64,000 nt of DNA from Pseudogymnoascus verrucosus (lineage: Eukaryota). The number at the start of each line of letters is the position of its first letter. The first letter of the stretch is position 1. Made by a program: the position numbers and the translations under genes. Below the pieces are notes generated by a model. That model was not told the origin of the DNA, did no database searches, and saw nothing but the letters and a program-made list of their open reading frames with translations. The stretch lies in the NCBI GenBank assembly GCA_001662655.1, contig KV460227.1, one strand, 5' to 3'. Positions 23,384 through 35,724 of this stretch are shown here, one piece after another.

Positions 23384-23884
23384 AAAGAAGAAAAAAGAAG
23401 AAAAGAAGAGGAAAAGGAACTGGGGCGGAGGAAGACTTTATAGTCGCGATGGGCGACGCTAAGCGAGGGGGTTTGCGCGCCGAAAGGGGAATGGCGTGTT
23501 GGGCAAACACTGCAAACTTTTACTAGTGCGTGTTTGGTTTGTTTACCCTTGTGGGTGCGTCGTGGTAGCCTCGCAGCCTCACCTTTCAGCCTTGTCGAAC
23601 GTTGCCTGGCTATACGCAACTCTACTCTTTCAACTGTGAAGGCAGAAGGCAGAAGACAAGATTTCAAGATTATACCCAGAGCAATACTGTGTACGCTCAT
23701 ACTGAGTCACCACACTAACCACCCTTCAAATTGAACATCACGCCACCATAATATTAATATCAGCTGAAAATAAAATTATACATTACCTATCCACCCTCAA
23801 TTCAAACCCTCAAAATATCATCCATCCCCCTCTCCTCCAACCACCTCCACGCCTTTAAATCCAACCTATCCCTCACCCTCTCCC

Positions 23885-24493
23885 TCAATCGCCGCTCCCT
23901 TTCCCCACCGAAAGCCTCGACGCCAACCTCTTCGCCGCTCCTTTCCACCCCCCAGTCCCCGGCTTCGAACTCGTCCCCGTAGTCGAGCTCGTACTATACG
24001 AAGTCGGCTTCTCGCCACTAATATTCCTTCCCATCCCCGTCTGATACCCCCGCGAACCCCTACCCGACGCTCCCTCACCAAGGTGCTGCGAATCGTCATA
24101 GCTGCGCGTGCTACTCACGCTGCCCATACTACTCCTCCTCGGTCCGTGGTTAGGATCGCCCGCGCGTCCACCGGGGTTATACGGGTCCTCCATGGCGGAG
24201 GCGGAGCGGGGACCGCGTGCGCCGCCGGCGTTGTAGCTCTCGTCGTCGTAGTAGGACGAGCTGCGGTCCTGGCCCCCGGTGGTGCCCATCTCGGGGTTGT
24301 CTTGGCTGCCGAAGGTGTGGGATCCACGGTGGGGGGAGGCGGCGGGGCCCATGCCGGTGTTGTCCACGTTGTCGGTGTAGGATTGCGTGCCGCCGTATTG
24401 GCCGTAGTTCTGGCCCCAGCCCTGGGCGTTCAGCTGGTCGGGGTTGTCGTAGCCGCCCCCGACGTATCCGCTGGTGTTGTCGTAGGAGGACAT
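23885..24493 (-). CDS. Hydrophilic Gly/Ser/Tyr-rich hypothetical protein, 202 aa (possibly stress-related)
   Basis: Single ORF with ACAATG start, biased codon usage, upstream TATATA at ~24605-24612; no recognisable domain. Confidence 0.7.
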   Translation of the reverse strand: MSSYDNTSGYVGGGYDNPDQLNAQGWGQNYGQYGGTQSYTDNVDNTGMGPAASPHRGSHTFGSQDNPEMGTTGGQDRSSSYYDDESYNAGGARGPRSASAMEDPYNPGGRAGDPNHGPRRSSMGSVSSTRSYDDSQHLGEGASGRGSRGYQTGMGRNISGEKPTSYSTSSTTGTSSKPGTGGWKGAAKRLASRLSVGKGSGD

Positions 24494-25194
24494 TGTGTGT
24501 GTGGTTGTGTTGCTGGTTCTCGATTTTGTTGGTATTTGTATTGGGGATTTTGGGAATCAGTATTTTGGGGTTGATGCAGGTCGAATAGGGGTTGCGGGAG
24601 GGTGTATATATAGGTATGAGGAGGCCTTCCGGGACTTCCTCGACTTTCTGGTTTCACCTCACATCCTGCACGTGTGAGGTAAGAAAATATGGATAGCCCT
24701 TCAAAGATTTAGCGGCTATGATTATTCGAAGCTCACCCGAACAGCTATAGCTTTCGGAGACGGAACTACCGACCACTCAGCGGTTGCAAATGTCAACACC
24801 AGGGGCAAATTCGATCTTGATCGAAGACAGGTCAGTTTTTTACCAGGTGCGATATTTGTGGGTAAGCCAGAAAACTTTTGCGCTACGTAGATTGAGGGCG
24901 TAGTAACCCGAGTTTGAAGATTTGGGGTCCAATCCGGGGTTTCTCGTGACAATATTCATGATGTCATGGACGTTCATACCCAGAACAGAATATCCCCGGT
25001 CGGCTCACCTCGGTGCGATTAAACCTAGAGAGATAAGATACTTGCTTGTGGTCACGTTGTGTACATATTGGTCCTAGTTGCTATTATTGTAAATTTGCAT
25101 CAGCTTGTAGTCTTGTCTAGTGTAGTCTAGCTATCAGTATCTTGACTTTGGAAGATTGCATGAAGAATCGAAAGGACTTTTAACCCTAGCGCCT

Positions 25195-26285
25195 CTACTT
25201 TGTCCTCTTGTAAATCTTGCCCAAGAAGCTCTCAAACACAGACTTCTTCAGGCCATCGCTCTCATCAGTCTCATCAATGAGCTTCCTGATCTTGCCAACC
25301 TCGCTCTCTTCATACTCCTGGTATAGCTTCTCCAGCCCCAACTCGTTGTACAGCTTCTTGACAACAGCCTCGTTATCCTTGTTCTTCCTGCCGTAGTTCT
25401 CATCGAGGACCTTGCGCTGTTCTGGTGTCGCGATCAGGAGAGCCTTGTTGACGAGCCACGAGCACTTGTTGTCTAGGATGTCCGTGCCGATCTTGCCAAT
25501 GTGCTCTGGGTCGCCGAAGTTGTCAAGGTAGTCGTCCTGGATCTGAAAGTAGGTTCCGAGGGGGATGAGGATGGCCTCAGCTTGCTTGAGGTTCTTCTCG
25601 GTAGCGATGCCGAGCTGGTGGAGGGCCAGGGCGACGGGGAGGTAGAAGGAGTAGTATGCGGTCTTGTAGATGACGATGAAGGTGTACTTCTCCATGGAGA
25701 AGTTATCCAAGTCGACCTTGGTCTCGGGTGCGGTGAGCAGATCACAGGTCTGGCCAAGCTCGGTTTGGAAGGTAACCTCGTGGAAGAGCTCCATAAGGTC
25801 AACGTACGACTTGTGCGAGCGGAAGTACTTCTTGAGGAGAATGTAGATGGCGGACTCGAGCATGAAGGCGTCGTTGATGGCAATCATTCCAACCTCAGGC
25901 TGGCGGTACCAACAGGGCACACCGCGGCGGGTAATGCTGCTATCCATAATGTCATCGGAGACGAGGAAGTATGCCTGGAGGAGCTCGGTCAACCACCCAA
26001 GGGTTGCTGCCTTAAAGTACTCCTCCTCGTTCAGTTCCTTGCCGGTCATGAGCGAGACGGAGTCGGGAACGGACATGCCGCGGTTGCACTTTCCGCCGAT
26101 TGCGTTCGCATTCAGGTTCTATAAACTCGTTAATTGGGTTCGGACATGTGGTGTGGCCTCCGTACGTTCTTGAACCAATCCAGAGCCTGCTGGGGAAGGC
26201 CATAGGACTTTGAGTGGGCGAGGACATCCTCAACAAGAGTTGGGAAGATCGACTCGAACTTCTCGAGGGCGGCGGACTTGGCCAT
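25195..26285 (-). CDS. ERG20: Farnesyl diphosphate synthase; intron 26119-26165
   Basis: [29 protein letters not shown] (FARM); [21 protein letters not shown] (SARM); ends KIYKRTK. Confidence 0.97.
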
Positions 26286-26823
26286 TCTGAAATTGAGAAT
26301 GCGGAGATGTGAGTTTGAGGTTTGGGGAGTTGTGTTTGGAGAGGAAATGCGGGGGAGGGGAGAAGATCAATTAAATTGGGGACTTTAATGTGAGAAGGGC
26401 GGTGGAGGGGTAACAATTGTTGTCCCGCTTCCCAGGGGTTTGGCGGTGTGCGAATTGGGATAGCTTGGATTCTAGGGTCGGCAGAATATCCGGCGCGACA
26501 GGCATTATCAACATCGCGGCTCCTAAATTGGGGAATTCATATATAAACAGACCATTGCTGCATTTCCCACCTACGACTGTAGATCCGAGGGCTGCTGTGT
26601 TTGCCGAAGCTACTAGAGTTTATAAACTAGCCTGCTGTGTTTCAAGTTTTCCTCTCGGAGCGAATCTCCGACTTATATATACAAATCACGCGTGTTATAC
26701 CGAACGAGGCCAGATACAGCGCCCCAGCTCCGTTGAGACGATTAAGCAGTCGGAACCACCAAAACTTGGGCTTGAATAGCTGTGGATGGTGGGACAAGTC
26801 CACTAGGGATAGGCGACAGCGAC

Positions 26824-28859
26824 ATGGCTCTCAGCGAGCGAGAGACGGGCCAGCTTCGCGCGGCACTACAGGAAGCAGTGGTGAAATGCTCGGAGAGATG
26901 TCTCTACCAGTCGTCGAAATGGTAAGTCAGCATCCGTTCTGCGAGATATGAGGCTAACGAAGTATATCCAGGGCCGCAGAACTACTCACATCCCTTCCCG
27001 AGGAAGATGCGCCAGAACCCGAAGACTCGCAAATGACTGAAATCCTGGCCAGCGGCATGCCACCTATTGTTGTGACGGGGAACTTGGACCCTGAAGAATC
27101 GGCGCTGGAGGCGAAAGAGATAAACAAATATTTACTAGCGAAATCGTTCTTCGACTGTCGCGAGTTTGATCGGTGTGCAGCGGTATTCCTACCAGAAACA
27201 ATGTTAGCAGGAGTCTTGTCGACGGAGCCATTAGGTGCCAGTCAGAGCCCTGAAGCGTCGAAAGGAAAAGGCAAGGCGAGGCAATCAATACCAGCAGCAC
27301 GCCCGCCATTGGGCGCTAAACTACCCAGGCTGAGCCAAAAGAGTTTATTCCTTGCGTTATATGCGAAGTTCATGTCTGGCGAGAAGACAAAGGATGAGGA
27401 CAGCGAAATGGTTATGGGACCCCACGACAGCGGGAAGACGATAAATAAGAATCTGGTGACGATAAGCAGGTATCTAGAGGCTTGGTTCCAAGAGAGGACC
27501 ACCGAAACGGGAGAAGTTGTGGGCTCCCAGGGGTGGCTGGAATACCTCTACGGCATTGTCCTCGCGAAAGAGAAGAACGAAGAGGAGGCCATGCGGTTAC
27601 TCATAAGAAGCGTTCATTTATACCCCATGAACTGGGGCTGCTGGTTAGAAATGACCTCTCTAATAAGCCGCGTCGAAGATGTAAGCCACCATCGCCCCCA
27701 ATTGAGTACATACTAACACTCCCAGCTCAACCGCATATCCCCCCACCTACCCCAAAACATCCTCTCCTTCGTCTTCCACCTCCACACCTCCCTCGAGCTC
27801 TACCAATCCACACCCTCCCTCCACACCCAACTCCACCAACTCCTCAGCATCTTCCCCACCTCCCCCTTCCTCCTAACCTGCCTCGCCCTCCTCGCCTACC
27901 ACACCAAAGACTTCATAACCGCCGAGTCCCACTTCTCGCGCCTCCTCGCCCTCCACCCCCACCGCCTCGACTCCCTAGACCACTACTCCAACATTCTCTA
28001 CGTCATGGCTCTTCGCCCCAAACTCTCCTTCCTCGCACACCTCTGCTCCGCCACCGACAAGTTCCGCCCCGAAACCTGCGTCGTCATCGGGAACTACTAC
28101 TCCCTCCTCTCGCAGCACGAAAAAGCAGTAAACTACTTCCGCCGCGCCCTAACCCTCGACCGCGCCTGTCTCTCCGCCTGGACACTCATGGGACATGAGT
28201 ACGTCGAACTCAAGAACACGCATGCGGCTATCGAATCGTACCGCCGCGCCGTGGACGTCAATCGTCGGGACTACCGCGCTTGGTACGGCCTGGGACAGAC
28301 CTACGAGGTCCTCGAGATGCACGCCTACGCCTTATGGTACTACAAGCGCGCTGCGGGCCTGCGCCCCTGGGACGGCAAGATGTGGATGGCAGTCGGATCG
28401 TGTCTCCAGAAGATGGGCCGCGACGCTGAAGGCATCAAAGCCCTCAAGCGCGCCTTATTCGCAGACGGATACTACGATGCCGGAGCCGGGGCCGGATTCG
28501 GCGCCGGGCGCGGCGCGCGCACAAAAGCGATGGATCCGGAGCTGCTCCTGCAGATCGCGGGAATGTATGAGAGGATGGGGGAAGGGGCTGAGGCGCGGGA
28601 GTACATGGAGCTTTGTGTTGCGCAGGAGGAAGGGGAGGGGGAGGAAGAAGAATGGGGGGTGGGGGTGACGGTCGCGACGAGTAAGGCGAGGATGTGGCTT
28701 GCGAGGTGGGCGATGGGGGAGGGGGAGTGGGAGGTTGCGCTGAGGTATGCGACGGAGCTTTGTCAGGATGGGGTGGAGGTTGAGGAGGCGAAGGCGTTGG
28801 TTAGGGAGATTAGGGCGAGGGGGGAGGCGGGGGAGGAGGGGGGGATGTCGAGTCCGTAG
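26824..28859 (+). CDS. CDC23: Anaphase-promoting complex subunit 8 (Cdc23/Cut23); introns 26922-26971, 27681-27725
   Basis: CSERCLYQSSKWAAELL; YLLAKSFFDCREFDRC; TPRs RPETCVVIGNYYSL, AWTLMGHEYVELKNTHAAIESYRRAVDVNRRDYRAWYGLGQ. Confidence 0.96.
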
Positions 28860-29221
28860 GGTGGGAGTTTGGGGGCGGAGTAGGTTTGGGTTGGTAGTGG
28901 GATTGCATGGGTTGGCTGTTTGCAGGTCACGGTTGTTTACATAGGCTGTGGAGTATATTGCTTGTTGCCTTGTTGTTTGTTGCTTGTATCCACTATGCTA
29001 CACTTGCACACATGATATTTGTTACCAAACCCAAACCTTAACATGGTATTCATCCTCGGATCCAGCCCTCCCAGCCCAACCTCAACATGGTATTCCCGTC
29101 CCACCTCAACCCTCCATATGAACAACCTAAACCCTCAATATGCTATTCCTTCCCAAACCAAGTCCTTTCTACCACCCAACCCAAATGCATCCGTCATCAT
29201 CATAATCATCATAATCATACA

Positions 29222-31362
29222 TCACCCACCCCCCTTCCTACCGTCTAAACACCGTCCCCGACCTCTCCAACCCTCCCCCACACCCCCCGCACCACCCCCC
29301 GCAACCTCCACCAGCGGCACCCCCCTCGGCGCCTCAACACCCCTCCCCTTCCCCTCCCCCCTCCACTGCGGCGCCTCCACAAACCCCGTCTTAAAATCCA
29401 ACAACGGCGCCGGAATCCCCGGCACAGGCGGCGCATCCCCCGCCGACCCCACCATCGTCCCCGCGCGCGACCGCGTCGACCGTGTCGATAATCCGCGCTT
29501 CAACCCTGACGACGCACCTGCGCCTGCGGACCCGGCGGCGCTGTTGTCGATGGGGGATATGGCGGTGTTGAGGAGGGAGGGGCCGGCGATGAAGGGACCA
29601 GCACCGAAATCGGGGTTTGCGGACCCGCCGCCGGCGAGATCGCGGGCTGCGGCTTGGCGGGCACGTTGGGAGTAGGTTGGGCCGAGGAGGGAGGTGGGGG
29701 AAAAGGTCTCGTCCGGTGCCGGGGGGGAGTCGCGGTCGCGGGTTGCGAGGGGGGGGAGGAGGGAATTGCGGAGGTGGAATGGGATTTGGCGGTCTGGCGG
29801 GGCGGATGTGGGATCTGGGGATGTGGTGGAGGGGATGGAGACGGCGAGGGGTTCGAAGGAGCCGAGTGTGTAGGGTGTTGAGGTGGGGGATGTTTTGGAG
29901 GTGGCGGCGCGAGCCATGGTTGAGACGAGGTACCAGGAGCGCCATCTCTGGACGGCGGATTGGAAGGCGTCTGCGGTGAAGGCGTCGTCGGTGCAGAAGA
30001 AGTGGACGAAGTTCTCGGCGGAGAGGAACATGGTTGCTTTTTGCTGGGATTTGATGGCGCAGCAGTGCTTTTTGGGAGGGGCTAGCTTGCGTAGTTGCGA
30101 AGGGACGGGGACGTAGACGTCGAAGTCGGAGATGTGGCAGAGGGCGAGGGCGTCTTTGTCGCTGAGCTTCCCGCCGGATTTGCGGTGCGCGTAGAGCTGC
30201 CCGCTGGGGAGGAGCGTGATGTACGATTTTATCCACCGGCCGGGCTTGTGGGAGTGGTGAAGCTGGGCAGAGAATTGGTCTGGGCGTCGCCGTGGCGCGG
30301 AGTGTGGCCATAGGTCTGTGTCGTGGCGAGGGGAGTCGGAGCCGGAGAGTACGAGCGCGTTCTGAGTGTCGCGGTCCCAGGAGTTCATGATGTCGCGGAC
30401 GCGCTCATAGCGGCGGATGCGACGCTCTACGCCGGCAGAGGCGTATGACTCGCGCAGGATGGCGGAGTCGGGGGTGACGGACCCGGAGAGGATGTTGGTT
30501 GCGGAGTAGATCAGCTCTTGGGCTGTGGTTGTCGGGGTCACGGGTAGATTGATGGATGCTTGCTTGAAGCGGATGAGGACGCGCTGTTGTGAGTTAGTTG
30601 GTGCTCGTCTGGTCGCATTTTGTAAGTAAAGAAACTCACCCTCTCTCCAGCATTCACAGCCGAAACAGGCGCATCCATCCCCACCATCGCTGCCTCTACC
30701 CTCCTCCCGCTCATCTCATCGCTTGTGCTCCTCGTCTCCACTTTCGTCTCTGCCTTCCCCCCCGATCCCGGCGGCGTCGCTGTAACCTTCGCAGAGCTCT
30801 TCTTCCGCCCAAATATCTTGAATTTCCCGGCACTACTCGCACTCACGGGCGTAGGAGACAGCGGTCTCGGCGCAGCCACAGCAGCCGCAAGTGTAATCTC
30901 CAACCTCTCAAGATCCTTCCGCTTCTGCTCAGCAAGTAAGCGATGCGCCTCCTCTTCGTCTGCTTTCTGGCGCTCCAGTCTCTGCGCCTGTGTGCGCTCG
31001 TGTGCGCGCCTGAGCCTGGCTTCTTCCTCTTGCGGCGAGAGGGGAGTTGGTGGTGGTGACGGCGAGCGAGGAGAGGGCACGTGTGTGGTCTTGTCGTCTC
31101 GTCGTCCTAGATGATCCTGTGGAATCGCGCCCGCTGGAACGTTTCGCGTGGGCAGGGGCGTCGCGTGCGCATCTTGTGTCGCTGCCCTCCGTCTATATCG
31201 AGACATGCTCCTCTGTGCAATCCCACCCTCTGGCTGTGTGGCTGGTGGAGGCGCTGGAGTCGCCATCGCGGCCGTATTCGCCTTCCTCACCGACCTGTAC
31301 CTCGAGTACTTCGCTGGCGCCTGCACTGCTGGCGCAGGAGCGCTATCGGTGATCGTCGCCAT
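29222..31362 (-). CDS. Fungal RA-like/PH-domain protein; intron 30584-30639
   Basis: Splicing joins SAVNAGER to RVLIRFKQASINLPVTP; LRESY..VERRIRRYERVRDIMNSWD; PH-like GRWIKSYITL..ISDFDVY..CCAIKSQQK..FVHFFCT..WRSWY. Confidence 0.8.
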
Positions 31363-32492
31363 GGCGGGGTTCAGTGGTTACTTTTTCGATTTCGTTCGTC
31401 GTTTGCGCAAGATCGGCCTTCGCGCGCAGTGCATTGCCGGCCCTTACACGTATTGTATTTTTCGACTTATTACAATTATCGTGGTTTTCCGAGGGATGTT
31501 GTGTGTTTGTGGAAAGGGGGTGGGGGAGGACAAAATGTCTCCAAGGTTGGTGAATCAGGGGAATCGACGACGGGGAAATTTAATGTCTTAATGTCCTGGC
31601 TGGCCCATCAAAGCTGAACGAAGCGGCCTGAGCCGTGTTGGCGTATGCAGGGTCACCAGTGGTTCCGCTCTAAATTAGCGGAGCGGGGAACTTGGCGGGG
31701 ATTGGTCGTGGGCGGAGCGGACCTTGGCGGGAAGGGAAGCGGAATCAGGTTTATGGTTGTTTAAAGTTCACTCTCTCTGACGGCTGTCAGCTTACAGAGT
31801 GGCGTTCTCTGCTCTTCTTTGTCAACTCATATTATGAATTTACAGTGAGATATTGCCTAGGTGAATGTTTGCAAATCGGTGGGAACCGTTGATAACAAGG
31901 TAAGAAAGGGATAAAGATGCGGCCACCGAGTGCTGTGCAGGTTACAGTGAGTTTATCTCCTCAATTTCTCACATGAAAGCTCCTTCACTCTCTCTCTTTA
32001 CAAAGATCATGGCGCCGTCTTCTTTCCACCGGCAGGCTCATTAAACAAATATTCGCTATCTGATTTATATCAAGTCTTTGCACTCACTATCTGAGTCCTT
32101 GAGTTCATTGCACTTGCTCAACTCCTACCTCCAGCGTCAGGACGGGACGACATTATACCTCGTTATCGGCGCAAGCCCGCGAGATGCACCCCGAGCACTA
32201 CACTGTACTACGAGACAAGGCGTGCCTGGCTAATGCGAGGCCGATATAGACCAAGAAGCTACGGGGCAGCGGCGACGATGACGATGAAGAGGAGTCGATG
32301 GACAAATCGAGCCCATGAGACTATAAATTACGGCAATTCAGGCCATCATTGTTTACCTCGAGCGATTGGTAGATAACTATGGGTTGAATATGAGTGAGGC
32401 GGTCGATTTCTGAGTTCCACCACGCGGCGCCCCTTTCAGGCATTAGACATCAGGCATCAGGCATCGGTATCAGGCGGTGGTGACGATGGAGC

Positions 32493-32556
32493 GCGGCAGT
32501 GACAGGAGGCGGCAGTGACAGGAGGCGGCAGTGGCAGGAAGTGGCAATGGCAGGAA
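32493..32556. repeat. Degenerating 16-bp tandem repeat (GCGGCAGTGACAGGAG), 4+ copies
   Basis: Two perfect copies followed by GCGGCAGTGGCAGGAA and GTGGCAATGGCAGGAA. Confidence 0.8.
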
Positions 32557-33819
32557 GTGAAAATGACAGTGACATGCAGGCGATTCTCCAAGGAGGAGTG
32601 GGAAGCGTTGCAATGAACGAATTTTGCTGTGCTTAGTTCGGGAGCGAGGGTCGGCCATGTCGCTAGTTTGCATTGAAAATGAACTTTTGCGATGGTTCTC
32701 TCCTGGGAGGGAAGGGACGAAGACGACTACTTGATACCCAGCTTGATGCCTGAAAAGGGGGAGCAGAGCACGTGCAGGAAAACAGGAAAGAGCGCAAAGC
32801 TCTGAGGAGAGAGGGAAGTCTGGGCTCTGGGGAACGCGCATAGCTGGCAAGAGGGTTGTAGATCAAGAAGAGGTCGGCTGGCGCTATGGAAATGAAGAGC
32901 TGGGAGCCCATCTCATCTGGCGGGAAATGTGGGAATAAGTTCGATTTCCCCATCTCGATTCTAGGAAAGTGGTATAAAGACTGCGAGGAGAGTGAGATAC
33001 CAGCTGCTAATACAAAGTCGTCGATCGATCTGTTCGAGCAAAATACCACGACCCCGCGGAGACCTTAAATTCGCAGCCCGAGCAGAGGCATTAGGTCTAG
33101 AATCTCCGCGGCTTCGTCTAGTAATTACTAAACTTTATACTTCGTATATGCCGATAAACCATTGTGACATTGTCTGTGTGTCTAATTCGGTAGGGGGAAG
33201 GAAAAGCGCAAACGATCCTTGCGATTCCTTCCGATCCTACCAGCGATCCTACCGACCGAGCTGACTGACTGCATTTGCACAAATCGTCTGTGCATATCCC
33301 CATCCCATCACCCCCATGAAAGAAATACCATCTCCTAATTGAAGAAGCAAAAAAAAGGGGGCATACCAGCCAATCTTCACGGCTTTAACGAAGACAATAA
33401 CAAGAAGCAAGGAAAAATATATATATATAAGTAGACCAGCTTCACTTTTCCAAGCCATCAACCGTTTGCGCCCAAAGCCACCCCCCCTTGCACAAGCCTT
33501 TCACAACGTCTCGCTAACAGCCCTAACTCAAATCGCCCAAAAAAACCGACAAGCATCTCGATCCTCCCAGCCCGCAATTTCCACCCTCTTCCGCGCCGCC
33601 AATGAATCGCGCGCCGTGCCTTTTTATAGACCGGGGAAGGGAGTCCAGCCGCACGTACTAGCTTCAGCCGGCAACGCGATGGAGATGTAATGTAATGTCA
33701 TGTCATGTAGAGAGATCCATACTTAAGACCTGTCGCGCCCGTGTCCTAGGGGATCTGCTCTAGTCACAGCTGTCTAAACCCTCAATAGTCGGCCTCAATA
33801 ACCTCAATCTCGACCTCAA

Positions 33820-33875
33820 GCCCTCACGCCCTCACGCCCTCACGCCCTCACGCCCTCACGCCCTCACGCCCTCAC
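33820..33875. repeat. (GCCCTCAC)7 perfect 8-bp tandem repeat, 21 bp upstream of an ATG
   Basis: Seven exact copies counted, with degenerate CCTCAA units on both flanks. Confidence 0.95.
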
Positions 33876-33896
33876 ACCCTCAAACCCTACAACAAG

Positions 33897-34532
33897 ATGC
33901 GCGCCACAACCTACACCCTCCTCGCCCTCCCCCTCCTCGTCTCCTCCACCCTCCTAACCCCCCCCCTAGCCCACCGCTACATCCCCCAACAAATCCTCGT
34001 CAACTTCTCCCCCCTCACCCACCCCTGCACCGCCTACGCCAGCACAGACACAGCCTGCGGCCTCCTCTGCCTCCCAGAGGGGTACACCTGCTGCCCGGAC
34101 AAGCTGGGTGGTTGTAAGCCCGGCGAGAGCTGCGTGAAGGGTGATAATGGGGAGTATGGCTGTTGTGGTGGGGGTGGGGGGAAGTGTACGGGTGATGGGG
34201 GGATTGTGGATACGGGGGGGAGTAAGGAGACAACGACGGGGGAGACGGGGAGTAGTAAGACGACTGTGACGAGGAGCGAGAGTACGACGACTGTGAAGGA
34301 CACGGAGACGAGTACGGGGGAGACGAGCACCACAACGGGGGAATCGAGCACGAGCACGGACGCGGAGACAACAACGACGAGCGCGGAGACGACGGCTACT
34401 ACTGATGCGCAGCCCACGCCGACGGGTGAGACGACGGCGGCGGGACCGACTGTTACGGGTGGTTCCGCGGTGTATGGTGCTGGGTCGTTAGGGGCTGTTG
34501 GAGCGGTTGTTGTGGGGTTGTTTGTGTTGTAG
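33897..34532 (+). CDS. Secreted GPI-anchored protein with Cys-rich N-domain and Thr/Ser stalk, 211 aa
   Basis: Signal peptide; CGLLCLPEGYTCCP..GC..C..YGCC..C; Thr-rich region; hydrophobic C-terminal GPI signal. Confidence 0.88.
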   Translation: MRATTYTLLALPLLVSSTLLTPPLAHRYIPQQILVNFSPLTHPCTAYASTDTACGLLCLPEGYTCCPDKLGGCKPGESCVKGDNGEYGCCGGGGGKCTGDGGIVDTGGSKETTTGETGSSKTTVTRSESTTTVKDTETSTGETSTTTGESSTSTDAETTTTSAETTATTDAQPTPTGETTAAGPTVTGGSAVYGAGSLGAVGAVVVGLFVL

Positions 34533-35096
34533 GGCGTGTGTTCGGGCTTGTGCTGTAATGGGGAGTGAGTGTGCGGCTTGAAGATAGTTGTGGGATGGGG
34601 GATGGATGTGATGAGGGGTTGATGGGGGGTGTTTGGAGCTGGAGCGAAAATTGCAGGACGGACGGGAGAGGGGTTTGGATGGAAGATGGGTGGTTGGAAG
34701 ATGGAAAGTGGTTTATACCCCCAGCGCATCAAGATCTGCCCTGCACTCTAGCAGATGATGAGGGGTGAGGGGATGGATATGTGGCGTGGGTTGTTAATAC
34801 TGTATATGAAACCAAGATGGCAGCATGCATACTTAAATAGCAAAATCAAAGATGAGATTTCATAAACCTGCGTCCTAAACGCCCTTCTTCCTCGCCTCGT
34901 CGGTCGATCTGTCGTCAAACTGTCGTCATTGCACATTCGCACATCCACTGGATGTCCTCCTATCGAACCTCATCGTCGAGGCACATCCGCGTCCTTCAAA
35001 TAGTCGTAAATTACCGCCTCTCTCCCTTCCATTATCTCCCCCCCCCTTCACACTCCCTACACCACCCCAGCATCCCCCCTCACGCAGCGGAATCCC

Positions 35097-35724
35097 CTAA
35101 TGTCTTACCTGTGGCGGCGCAATAGTCCCATAAGTCTGCTGTCCCCCCCCAGTCTGCACACGCTCGCTATAAACCCCTGGGGCGCGATGGGCCGCGTATT
35201 GGCCTTCGAGAGCCCGCTCGCGACGCTCGTAGTATACGTATTCGAGGTAGAAGGCGTGGATGTGTCCTGGGATGTAGCTTGGGTGTCGTTAGATTTCTGT
35301 CTGTATGTTTGTGGTACTGGTGGGGGAGTTGGGGGGAAGAGGAAGGATAGGGAGGGAGGAGGACGAGAGGAGGGAGGATGAGATGCTTACCCAAGAAGCG
35401 TGAGGCAGATGTTAATCAGAACATCCGCACCACACCCCGCGACGCAGAAGACGCCTGCTGGTGGGACTGTGTGTGTGTTATTAGCCTTTCATTCATCTAT
35501 CCATCATGTCTTTCTTTCTTTGGCTCATCCATCAGTCGCCCATCCATCTAACCATCCATTTATCCAGTCCGGCAGGCAGAGAGACGGATAGATAGATTGG
35601 CAGCTAGACAGAGAGATAAATGGGCGCTGGCAGACAGCCAGTTCGCGTGAATGAAGTTGGAGGAGGGGAGGGACATACAAAGGAGGGTGATAAGAACCAC
35701 CAGAATCGCTGAAGCAGCACCCAT
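35097..35724 (-). CDS. PMP3/UPF0057 (RCI2-like) membrane proteolipid, ~100 aa; introns 35467-35678, 35278-35390
   Basis: Spliced MGAASAILVVLITLLFPPAGVFCVAGCGADVLINICLTLLGYIPGHIHAFYLEYVYY..APGVYSERVQTGG..YGTI; absent from the ORF track. Confidence 0.9.
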
